64,000 nt of DNA from a virus (Duplodnaviria; Heunggongvirae; Uroviricota; Caudoviricetes): positions 30,713 to 94,712 of the IMG/VR virus record IMGVR_UViG_3300047493_000037; one strand, given 5' to 3'. Positions 27,881 to 36,695 of the stretch are shown in pieces. The translations under genes were made by a program, and so were the position numbers. The notes under the pieces are model-generated. The model made no database searches, was not told the DNA's origin, and saw only the letters and a list, made by a program, of their open reading frames with translations. The stretch's first letter is position 1, and every line of letters begins with the position of its first letter.

Positions 27881-28889
27881 GGTTTTATTTATCGGCGACC
27901 CGCATCTTAAAATTAATCGCTTCGATCTAGCCACTAGTTTCCTAAAGTGGTTAAATCAACTCATTATTGATCAGAAACCCGATCTTGTGGTTAATCTTGG
28001 CGATACATTTGATACTCACGCGGTGTTGCGTTCTGAGATTCTTAATGAGTTTATAAAGCATGTAGACGTTGTTAGGGCTCAAGGAATACCGTATGTTTAC
28101 CTTCTGGGTAACCATGACATGTATAAGCCCAACGATCCTAAATATCATGCATTGTTACCTTTTAAGGGTAAGATAGACAACTTTCATGTCATAGATGAAA
28201 TTCAAGATTTTATGGGAATGACCTTTGTTCCTTATCAGCATAATGGCGCTAACTTTCCTAAGACTACAAAACCTATTGTAGTAGCTCATCAAACTTTTAT
28301 TGGAGCTGATTATGGCCCTATCCGTACTACCGAAGGCGTTGATGCGACAAGCATTAGTGGATGCGAGATTATCATCTCGGGTCACATACATAAGAAATCA
28401 GTGCTCGGATCCGTACTATACGTCGGCTCGCCATTTAGCCAAAGTGCTGCTGATGTTGATCAGGTCAAAGGGATCACCATCTTTGACACCAGTACATATC
28501 ACACCTCATTTAACCAATGTCCCTTGCCGATGTGGAGAAGGTTCACCTTTGTCTTTGACCAGCAGAATAACTTTAGAGACTTGGAGCAGGAGATTACTTC
28601 AAGAGTGGCAGGATCTAGTGATCACTGGGTTATAGAACTAACTGGCCCTAAGGCAGAAGTAGTTGGCTTTCTTGGTTCTAAGGAGTATCTTGCAGCCATT
28701 GATGGAGTAGATGTTAAGGTGAAAACAAAGTTTACTGATAATGAGAGAAAGAAGGTTTCTCTTGAAGCAAGAACGATGGAAACCATTGTATCAGAATATG
28801 TCCTTAAAGTGTATAATGGTTCTGTGAACAAGGAAGAGCTTTCTACGCTTGCTAAAAGCATCTTAAATGAATCTAGACTTAGCAAGTGA
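27873..28889 (+). CDS. sbcD: SbcD/Mre11 (gp47-like) nuclease
   Basis: IGDPH, LGDTFD, GNHD, AHQ and SGHIH; partner sbcC is in the window. Confidence 0.9.
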   Translation: MAKVLFIGDPHLKINRFDLATSFLKWLNQLIIDQKPDLVVNLGDTFDTHAVLRSEILNEFIKHVDVVRAQGIPYVYLLGNHDMYKPNDPKYHALLPFKGKIDNFHVIDEIQDFMGMTFVPYQHNGANFPKTTKPIVVAHQTFIGADYGPIRTTEGVDATSISGCEIIISGHIHKKSVLGSVLYVGSPFSQSAADVDQVKGITIFDTSTYHTSFNQCPLPMWRRFTFVFDQQNNFRDLEQEITSRVAGSSDHWVIELTGPKAEVVGFLGSKEYLAAIDGVDVKVKTKFTDNERKKVSLEARTMETIVSEYVLKVYNGSVNKEELSTLAKSILNESRLSK

Positions 28890-28940
28890 AAGTTGATAAC
28901 CTGATATAATAAGTGTAAGGTGGTTTCACCTAGGAGAAGT

Positions 28941-29390
28941 ATGGATAACGAAAAGTTAATTGAATTCATGGATCAGCAAAGATGGCTGTTGAATAACGGT
29001 CTAGTGCCAGATTCTGTGAAAAATCAATTGTTCTTTTACGGCTCCATTGTCCATCCTGAGGTGCAAGCAGTCGAAGTAAAGATCCATCCTGAGGAGAAGT
29101 GTGTAGACTATAAGGTCTATTTCACGAAGAAAACTCTAAAAAAGATGGAAACTTATCGCAAACTCTCCACCTCTACATCACTGTTTGGCATGTGGAGATT
29201 TAAGCGTTTTCTTACAAAAGAAGGTAGTTTGGATTTTCAAAGTATGCTAGGCTCGTTCGTTAGAGATTTTTGTGGACCAAATTGGTCAACTAAACTCACT
29301 ATAGTGGACTTCGATGTATATGTAGATAACATTGGAGTTGAAGGTGAGCCCGATAAGTCAAGTCAGCCAACTAATAAATTGCCTGACTAA
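28941..29390 (+). CDS. Hypothetical protein
   Basis: AGGAG RBS before ATG 28941; TGATATAAT box upstream. Confidence 0.7.
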   Translation: MDNEKLIEFMDQQRWLLNNGLVPDSVKNQLFFYGSIVHPEVQAVEVKIHPEEKCVDYKVYFTKKTLKKMETYRKLSTSTSLFGMWRFKRFLTKEGSLDFQSMLGSFVRDFCGPNWSTKLTIVDFDVYVDNIGVEGEPDKSSQPTNKLPD

Positions 29391-29766
29391 AGATAAAGAT
29401 AGACAGCAAGATTTGTGGGTGCACTACTTAAGTGGTCACTCTCCATCGACGTTTGCTGCTCACTTAGATAAACTTAATCAAGAGTTTGTGGTCGAATCTT
29501 CTCTGCAGCAAAAACTGTGGGATGTCTTTAGTAACCCTCCATCTGATAAATTTAAAGAACTATTAAACAACTTCAGTGAAGTTGAACAATCCGTAGTCTG
29601 TCTACTAGCTTTAGGTTTAACTGTAACTGAGTTAAGTGGGTATAAAGGTATTAGTGAGATAAGGATTAGACAAGTCATGTCTGTTATTAGAGATAATGAC
29701 TGTTGGGAAGAGTTATATGGCGTTAAAGAAACGACTAACAGAAGAAGAGCGCTACGGACTGAGTGA
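29344..29766 (+). CDS. HTH protein, sigma region 4 / LuxR-like
   Basis: FSEVEQSVVCLLALGLTVTELSGYKGISEIRIRQ resembles the L(S/T)xxE...G...EIA...GIS...VR pattern. GTG start follows GGAG. Confidence 0.55.
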   Translation: MSPISQVSQLINCLTKDKDRQQDLWVHYLSGHSPSTFAAHLDKLNQEFVVESSLQQKLWDVFSNPPSDKFKELLNNFSEVEQSVVCLLALGLTVTELSGYKGISEIRIRQVMSVIRDNDCWEELYGVKETTNRRRALRTE

Positions 29767-30340
29767 AGAAGAGAATAAACTCGCCGAGAAGTATCTTAGA
29801 AAGAATAAGACTGCTGGTGCTTTAAAAGAACTTGAAGCAGCTAAGTTATTTGAACTATATCTTCTAGGTGAATCTCTATCAAAAATCGCTCAGCAGTTTC
29901 CTCAATATAGTTTGGGTCAAATTGCCCTCACTGCTGCACTTCGTGGTTGGGCTCATGATCGCGACAAGATGATGCACACCCTTCAAGATAGGGTTCGTGC
30001 TAAGGTTGTAAAATCAGTTTTAGAGCAAGTTGATTTTTTGACTGCTATGATGTCTGTCACTAATGCAGAGCATCTAGAAGTTATGATCAAGTACTGCCAA
30101 GATCCTATAAATAATCCAAAGCCTGCAATGCGTGTTACTAACATTAAAGAATATAAGGATGTTGCTGAGACTCTATACAAGATCGTTTCAGGTGCTACTC
30201 CTGGAAGCAAGGCCAATAAATCACCTATGTTTGATGCATTGAGTCCACCTCAACAAAAGAAAGAAGAAAAACCTATGGAGCAGGATGCCGCATCAATGCT
30301 CGCGGAGGTTGTAAGCGTAGATGGCGAAGACACCTTCTAA
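29717..30340 (+). CDS. Probable terminase small subunit
   Basis: HTH-like N-terminus, coiled coil, and overlap with the terL start. Confidence 0.5.
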   Translation: MALKKRLTEEERYGLSEEENKLAEKYLRKNKTAGALKELEAAKLFELYLLGESLSKIAQQFPQYSLGQIALTAALRGWAHDRDKMMHTLQDRVRAKVVKSVLEQVDFLTAMMSVTNAEHLEVMIKYCQDPINNPKPAMRVTNIKEYKDVAETLYKIVSGATPGSKANKSPMFDALSPPQQKKEEKPMEQDAASMLAEVVSVDGEDTF

Positions 30341-32261
30341 TTTAACATTTGAGCAGCAGAAGAAGTTGCTTCTTACTCCTTGCAAGACTAGGCAACAGGT
30401 AAAGAACTGGATCAAGTATCACTTGGCTTTGGAGTTGCCTGATGTTACTGTATCGAGGTTCTCAGACACCAATCCTTTAGATGTTATTTGGGAAGTGTAT
30501 CGCATTTGTACTCTCAAGCAAAACCCTGACAATATCCAAGAACTTCTATTCGTCGCTGGCCGTGGTTCTGGTAAGACTCTTGGTATGGCTATTGCAGAAC
30601 TTATGGTTTTGTTGCATGACCATCGTGATGTCGTGCATGTTGGTGCAATTCAAAATCAAGCTGAGCGATGCTATGCTTATCAGAAGGGCTTTCTATATAA
30701 TCGTAGATTAAAGCCCATTGTTACTCCTATGGATGTGCCAGAGGATCAACGCATTCTTGAAAAAGCTAATATGTCTAAGTCACTCTTTAATATTGGTGGT
30801 GAAAAGAAGACTATTGAGGTTATTCCATGCACATTAAAGGCCGTTAACGGTCCTCACGTGCCTCTTGTTGTTATCGATGAGATCGATACTGTGTCTGGTG
30901 AAGGCATTAAGGCATTTAAAGATATCGCTGGCATGTTAGACTCTAAGGGTGGTAAAAAGGCTCTTCGTGTGGGTATTTCTACGCGTAAATCTCGTTATGG
31001 CTTAATGAATCAAAAGCTTGAAGAGATAGAATCTACGCCAGACAAGACGCGCCAAGCCCGTAGATGGACAGCATTTGAGTTCACCGAACGCTGTCCTGAT
31101 AGTAGATCTGGAACCACTGAGTTAGATCTTTATGTTAATCAAGACAAGATGGAAGTTCTCACCGAAGAACAGTATTTAAAGAAAGATAATAATAAGCAAA
31201 AAGAATATGTAATGCATAGAGGATTTGACGGTTGTGTTAAATGCCCACTGTTCTCTGTGTGTTTAACTGATGCTAAAAAGCAGACCTCCAAATCGCCCAT
31301 GTTGAAATCTCTTGATGAGATGATTCAAAAGGTTAGAGCTGAAGGTGCAGATTGGGCTCTAGCTCAGCTCATGAACTTAAAACCTTCTGTTGAAGGTATC
31401 GTTTTTAGGGAGTTTGAAGAAAAAGTTCATGTTAAAACATGGAACGAAATGTGGCAAACATTAGTAGGTAAGCCATTCCCCGGCGAATGTACTCATGATA
31501 TTTTCGTTAAGAAGTGCCACGAGCTAAATATTCCTTGTTACGCTGGCATTGACTGGGGTTTCTCATCACCCAATACAGTAGTCTTTTTCTTTGTTGATTC
31601 TAGAGATAACATATATGTTGTGAAAACTGACGGTATGACATATGTTAGTTCACCAACTTGGATTCACCATATTAAGACTAAGTATCACACCTTGTATAGG
31701 TGCCAACTTTATGTTCCTGATGCTGCTGATCAAGGCTCCATTCAGGAAATGCAGAAGGCGGGTCTACCTGTAGCTAATCAGCCAGATAAAGGACAGATTA
31801 ATACCGGTATTCAAGTTATTAAGAAGTTCTTGAAGATGCCAGGTACAACAGAACCAAAGATTTTCTTAGCCAAAGACCACTGTCTTCCTTTGGTAAGAGA
31901 GTTTAGTCTGTATCACTACAAAGTGGATGCCGCAGGACTGATTACGGATGATCCAGATACTGAGCATGATCACTGGCTAGATGCTTTAAGATATCCAATG
32001 ACATTGCTGTTTGGGAAGTCCCAGATCATCTTAGGGAGCGGTTTGATAGATCAGGGCGCTGGTTTACAGGACACACAGGGCAATTTCCAGAGAATGCCAA
32101 CGCCTACTGAGTACGCGCTAACTCAAGGAATAAGAATGAATGATCAAGAGCCAGATAGATCTAAGTTGGGCAAAATAGGCACAGCAAAAGAGCTAGATGA
32201 AGCAAAAGATGACGATGATGACGGAATTGGTGGCGGTGGTGGCTTCATTTGGAGCGTTTAG
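30321..32261 (+). CDS. terL: Terminase large subunit
   Basis: AGRGSGKT, LVVIDEID, nuclease motifs GIDWG and HDHWLDALRY; upstream of the portal. Confidence 0.93.
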   Translation: MAKTPSNLTFEQQKKLLLTPCKTRQQVKNWIKYHLALELPDVTVSRFSDTNPLDVIWEVYRICTLKQNPDNIQELLFVAGRGSGKTLGMAIAELMVLLHDHRDVVHVGAIQNQAERCYAYQKGFLYNRRLKPIVTPMDVPEDQRILEKANMSKSLFNIGGEKKTIEVIPCTLKAVNGPHVPLVVIDEIDTVSGEGIKAFKDIAGMLDSKGGKKALRVGISTRKSRYGLMNQKLEEIESTPDKTRQARRWTAFEFTERCPDSRSGTTELDLYVNQDKMEVLTEEQYLKKDNNKQKEYVMHRGFDGCVKCPLFSVCLTDAKKQTSKSPMLKSLDEMIQKVRAEGADWALAQLMNLKPSVEGIVFREFEEKVHVKTWNEMWQTLVGKPFPGECTHDIFVKKCHELNIPCYAGIDWGFSSPNTVVFFFVDSRDNIYVVKTDGMTYVSSPTWIHHIKTKYHTLYRCQLYVPDAADQGSIQEMQKAGLPVANQPDKGQINTGIQVIKKFLKMPGTTEPKIFLAKDHCLPLVREFSLYHYKVDAAGLITDDPDTEHDHWLDALRYPMTLLFGKSQIILGSGLIDQGAGLQDTQGNFQRMPTPTEYALTQGIRMNDQEPDRSKLGKIGTAKELDEAKDDDDDGIGGGGGFIWSV

Positions 32262-32295
32262 TGTACTTTAGGTCACTAGAAGGTATAATGATTAA

Positions 32296-34293
32296 ATGGC
32301 ATGGTACGATGATTGGTTGAAAAATAAAGTCCAGGGGCAAATTAATGACCTATTGAAGGCTGATGGTGTTTCACCAGAGACCCCTTCAGGTGGTATTTCT
32401 TCTTTTGCTTCACCAGAGACTCCTGCTAGTGCTAATGCCGATAGGTTGCCAGATGTACCTGAAGAAAACCATGATGCTAGCGGGCAGATTGGTCGCAAGG
32501 CGTACGTCGATGATCCTTATTTTGACCTAATTGGGTCTCAAGTCAATTACAAGTTTAAACTTAGTCGTATCTCAAACAAAACCTTGAAAGAGGTCTCTGT
32601 TAGAGATTGGCTAATTTCGGCTATCATCCAGTGCCGTATTGATACCCTGTTAAGGTTCTCTAGACCTGAACATCGTCGTTTTGAGATGGGTTTTCGCATC
32701 TTAAAGAAAGACACAGAAGCACATTACACTGATGCTGAGAAGGATGAAATTGCAGCAATTGAAGATTTCATCTATCATTGTGGCCGCAAAGAAGGAACCC
32801 CTCAGGACGATAAGAGAAACTTTGGCGAGTTCTTAAAAGTTATTGGGCGTGATGCTTTGACCTTCGGCCACGTTGCTATTGAAAAAGTTAAGACTAGAGC
32901 TGGTGGCTTACACAGGTTCCGTCCTCTTCCGGCTGAGTCAATGTATCTTATTAATAAGGCATTGTCAAAGGAACAGGTAAGTTCTAACGCAATGAAGAGT
33001 TATCAGCTAAATAGACCAAAAAGCGACAATGATCCTAAGGCTGATCAAGTTGTTAATGAAGTTGAAAATGACTTCATCAAATATGTGCAAATCTCGTATG
33101 ATAATAGGCCTCTAGCTACCTTTGGTGATGAGGATTGCATCTGGAAGTTGTTTAATCCACAGAATTTTGCTGATTCAATGGGGTATTGTTACTCACCATT
33201 AGAACTTGCTATTATTAATATCACTAACCACTTAAACGTGGAAAATTACAATGCTAACTTCTTTACTCATGGATATGCTGCACGAGGCGTATTACATTTA
33301 AAGGGTACTGTTACGCAGCAACAACTTGCTAATTTTCGTAGAACCTTTTATAACAGCATCACTGGCCATCAAAATGCTTGGAGAACGCCAATTGTTGCCG
33401 GTTTAGATGAGGTTCAATGGGTGCCGATGTCTGCTAACGCAAAAGAGATGGAGTACTTAAACTATAATAACCATCTTATGCGCATTCTTTGCGCCCAGTT
33501 TCAGATTGACCCAATAGAACTTGGTTTGGACTATTTGATATCTTCTTCTGGAAGAGCTCCTATGCAGCAATCAAGTAATGAATACAAGATCACCTATTCT
33601 CGTGAGCGTGGTCTGGTTCCAGTATTGATGTTCGTCGAAGACATCATTAATGCAGATGTTCTTCCTGCCCTAGATCCTGCTATTGCTGCCAAATATAAGT
33701 TTGTGTTTACCGGCATGACCGAGGAAACACCGCAAACTGAAATCGCTCAAATGCAAGCTGAAATGACTGTTTGGAAGACAATGAACGATCTTCTTAAGCA
33801 GGCTCAGAAGGACAAGATTGAGGAGAAAGCTGCTGATCTTCCTTTGAATCAAGCATTTTGGGCACTTGTTGAGAAAAACTATACTCGTGGTGAGATTCGT
33901 GAAAACTTCTTTGGGGATAAGGGGGCTTCACAGAGACGCGAACTTCAGTATATTCCTGGTGATCCATCATTCTTAAATTGGAATCAGTTTATTGCTACAC
34001 TTGATGCTCAGAAAAAGCAGGCAGAACAGATGGCACAACAGCAAGACGCAGCATCTCAAGAGGCTCAAATGAAGATGGAGCAAGAGAAACAGAAACATGA
34101 ACATGCTGAGGCTGCTCATAGTCGTGATAAAGAAAAGCATAACCTTGAGATGGAGCAAATTAAGGCTAAAGCTGCAAGTGATGCTGTACAACATGGTCTT
34201 AAGGATACTGCTAAGCAGTTTGGGGCTACTAAGCCATCAAATATTGGCGGACAAGCAGTTGCCAATCCTATGAACCATGAAGACAATACCTGA
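32296..34293 (+). CDS. Portal protein
   Basis: YCYSPLE...NFFTHG...GVLHL...WRTPI...KEMEY portal signature; follows terL. Confidence 0.88.
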   Translation: MAWYDDWLKNKVQGQINDLLKADGVSPETPSGGISSFASPETPASANADRLPDVPEENHDASGQIGRKAYVDDPYFDLIGSQVNYKFKLSRISNKTLKEVSVRDWLISAIIQCRIDTLLRFSRPEHRRFEMGFRILKKDTEAHYTDAEKDEIAAIEDFIYHCGRKEGTPQDDKRNFGEFLKVIGRDALTFGHVAIEKVKTRAGGLHRFRPLPAESMYLINKALSKEQVSSNAMKSYQLNRPKSDNDPKADQVVNEVENDFIKYVQISYDNRPLATFGDEDCIWKLFNPQNFADSMGYCYSPLELAIINITNHLNVENYNANFFTHGYAARGVLHLKGTVTQQQLANFRRTFYNSITGHQNAWRTPIVAGLDEVQWVPMSANAKEMEYLNYNNHLMRILCAQFQIDPIELGLDYLISSSGRAPMQQSSNEYKITYSRERGLVPVLMFVEDIINADVLPALDPAIAAKYKFVFTGMTEETPQTEIAQMQAEMTVWKTMNDLLKQAQKDKIEEKAADLPLNQAFWALVEKNYTRGEIRENFFGDKGASQRRELQYIPGDPSFLNWNQFIATLDAQKKQAEQMAQQQDAASQEAQMKMEQEKQKHEHAEAAHSRDKEKHNLEMEQIKAKAASDAVQHGLKDTAKQFGATKPSNIGGQAVANPMNHEDNT

Positions 34294-34444
34294 ACTATAT
34301 CTAAACGTCTCTAATGGAGATGTTGTTACTAAAGAGTGTCGTGAATCTGTCATGATGCTCACTAAGGTGCTTTACGCACTTCATATCATTGATGAAGAAC
34401 AGGCCTTTCAACTGGCTACAAAGTTCCGAATCTTGTTTGTATAA
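34277..34444 (+). CDS. 55 aa hypothetical protein
   Basis: MKTIPELYLNV...KFRILFV fills the gap between portal and kinase. Below the track cutoff. Confidence 0.45.
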   Translation: MKTIPELYLNVSNGDVVTKECRESVMMLTKVLYALHIIDEEQAFQLATKFRILFV

Positions 34445-34451
34445 TAAACGC

Positions 34452-35264
34452 ATGGCATTGATAATCCTTGAAGGTCTTGATAGGGTCGGTAAGACCTCTG
34501 TTGCTCAACTCTTTGAGAGCAAGGGGTACGAACTCATTCATATGTCTGCTCCGCCAAAAGGACAAACAGCAGATTTGTTCTTGGAGGAGATGATGGAGAT
34601 CATTTCTTCAGCTGCTCATAGGGATGTTGTCTTAGACCGTTCTTATTATGGTGAAACTATTTGGTCTAAAGTGTATGGCCGTGAATCTCTTATCGATGAT
34701 CAAGGAATAGAAGTGCTTCAAGAGTTAGAAGCAACCGTGGGCACTGTTCGCATACTAATGCATGATCCAAATAGTGAAGCTCATTGGCAAAGGTGTGTAG
34801 ATAATAAAGAACCTCTTACTAAGGCACAATTTGTCAAGGCTAGATCTTTGTATTCTACGATGGCAGATAAATATGGCTTTGAAAGAAAAACTCTAAAGGA
34901 TTTTCCAGATGCGCTCCAGCCGCTTCCTACTTCCAGTGCCTCAACATCAGACATGGCAAATGTTTCACCTAAGCCTGATGGGCTTGCGAAAACTGCTGAT
35001 ACAGCTAGGGATGAAATCTCTTTAAGTAAAACCAAAGAACAACTTAAATTAGAGCGCGCCAATGTTATTAATGAGGTGCTTGATAAGCGTATCATAAAAG
35101 GTAAAGGCGCCATCTATGATGACGTAGAGCGCAGCGTGCGCAACTTCCTCAATATGGAATTGGGTAAAATTCTTGGGACATCGAATCCATCGCTTACATT
35201 ATCTAATGAAGAGATTGAATTGTTAAAGTTTTTCTGCAAAAGATTAAAAGATAAGGAGTCATAA
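34452..35264 (+). CDS. Thymidylate-kinase-like P-loop dNMP kinase with a C-terminal extension
   Basis: IILEGLDRVGKTS and VVLDRSYYGE. Start moved to ATG 34452. Confidence 0.75.
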   Translation: MALIILEGLDRVGKTSVAQLFESKGYELIHMSAPPKGQTADLFLEEMMEIISSAAHRDVVLDRSYYGETIWSKVYGRESLIDDQGIEVLQELEATVGTVRILMHDPNSEAHWQRCVDNKEPLTKAQFVKARSLYSTMADKYGFERKTLKDFPDALQPLPTSSASTSDMANVSPKPDGLAKTADTARDEISLSKTKEQLKLERANVINEVLDKRIIKGKGAIYDDVERSVRNFLNMELGKILGTSNPSLTLSNEEIELLKFFCKRLKDKES

Positions 35265-35449
35265 TGACTGAGACTAAGTATCAAAAACAAATGCTAAATA
35301 GCCAAATTGATTTGAACAAACTACAACTTGAGAAACAAAAAGCGGAACTTAAAGTGTTTCTCGATAAGCAAAAAGCAGAAATTAGATTACTAGAGTTAGA
35401 TGCAGAAATAAAAGAAGAACAACTCAAACAGATGAAGAGAGAAAGATAA
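35264..35449 (+). CDS. Small coiled-coil protein
   Basis: TAATG coupling; heptad pattern. Confidence 0.6.
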   Translation: MTETKYQKQMLNSQIDLNKLQLEKQKAELKVFLDKQKAEIRLLELDAEIKEEQLKQMKRER

Positions 35450-35450
35450 T

Positions 35451-36095
35451 ATGAAAGGTTTTAGACAGCAGCCACAGGGTAATCGCAAAGAGAAGCTTCG
35501 TGAGCTTGAAGTTGAAGTTAAGAATATGGCCATGGCATCCCGTATTAGCCAAATGATGACTCAGCAACTGATGCAGAACATGAAGGCTATGCATGAAGAT
35601 ATCAGTCGCACGATGGGCATTCTAAGCGAACTTCAATACAAGATCCTGGCAATCCAGAAGGTATCTGGTCTTGATGTTGAACAGATGAATACTGTTGCTA
35701 ACGAGCAACGCCTTGTTGATTTTAATGAAGCCTCTGATAAAGAAGATGCTGAGCAGGGTTTCACTGTTGGTGATGTAGTCAATGAATCTAGCACCATTAT
35801 TCTAACTTCTACCACTGAAGAGAAAGATCGCGGAATCTTCCGTTCACGTCTCAAGTTATCAGAATGTGGAGTTCCGGACTTGATTACTGCCTTTATGGGA
35901 CGTGAAGTTGGAGCAAAAGCTATTTTGCAGTTGAATGGACTTGATCATGAAGTGGAACTTTTGGGCATTAGACAACCTCCAGCAGTGGTCGCCAATTCAA
36001 CTCAGCTCGACTTGGGACCCGAAACGGATGCGTCGCCGCTTGATACTGGTAACGTTTCTCCGCCAACTGCAAGTCCTCAAGTAGGCAATGCATAA
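35451..36095 (+). CDS. Hypothetical protein with a possible FKBP/GreA-like C-terminal fold
   Basis: GVPDLITAFMGREVG...VELLGI resembles the IPGFEEALIGMKxG pattern. Confidence 0.45.
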   Translation: MKGFRQQPQGNRKEKLRELEVEVKNMAMASRISQMMTQQLMQNMKAMHEDISRTMGILSELQYKILAIQKVSGLDVEQMNTVANEQRLVDFNEASDKEDAEQGFTVGDVVNESSTIILTSTTEEKDRGIFRSRLKLSECGVPDLITAFMGREVGAKAILQLNGLDHEVELLGIRQPPAVVANSTQLDLGPETDASPLDTGNVSPPTASPQVGNA

Positions 36096-36508
36096 TGTCA
36101 GACCAAGACGATAAGATGGACTCAAGATGCCCTCGTGCTCTAGAAACCCTCCCAGAGGGTTTCTGTCCACTTGCCGTCATGCGTCTTAGGGCAATCAGAA
36201 CAGCTGGACGAGAACTCACCGAAGAAGAGGAGTCTAAGCTTCCTGGTTGTCCATGGGCAGTTAATCATCAGCTTGCCAATTATTGCTTCTTTAAGTATAT
36301 AAAGGAGTTTGCCGGTGATAAACCACCTTCTGACATAGAAGTTGCTTCATTAAACTGTATGTCTGTTGATGCAGTTAAAAAGACTGAAAAGGTTGCTCTT
36401 ACTAAAATTAGAGACACCGACCAATTCCAGGATCTTAAGGATTCTATGGAAGGCGAGAATGTCGTTTCAGAACATCCGTCGGACGATGATTATAAAATCT
36501 ACAGATAG
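36095..36508 (+). CDS. Cys-containing protein with a sigma-70 region 4-like HTH
   Basis: SDIEVASLNCMSVDAVKKTEKVALTKIR matches the TLxEIAxxLGISxxxVxxIExxALxKLR pattern. Confidence 0.6.
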   Translation: MSDQDDKMDSRCPRALETLPEGFCPLAVMRLRAIRTAGRELTEEEESKLPGCPWAVNHQLANYCFFKYIKEFAGDKPPSDIEVASLNCMSVDAVKKTEKVALTKIRDTDQFQDLKDSMEGENVVSEHPSDDDYKIYR

Positions 36509-36695
36509 TCAAAGATTAGCAACCTACAATCTTTTAGATTTACTCCATAAATTAGGCATTAAGACCAGACCTCTTCTTTATGTAGAGGGTTTTCTTTTAA
36601 AGAGTGTCACTTTTGACATGAAAAACCTCGTTCTGTGGCCTAGCATTAAAAACACCCCATAAATCATAGTCTCTAGCCTGGTATAATTGAGTGGT

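Noticed and set aside
19831-32261. Inteins or introns in dnaE, recA or terL
   Set aside because: Lengths are ordinary and I saw no C...HN-C/S/T splice junctions or LAGLIDADG blocks.
36569-36596. Terminator after ORF 36095
   Set aside because: Only a 5 bp CCTCT/AGAGG stem with a 9 nt loop. Plausible, but too weak to list.
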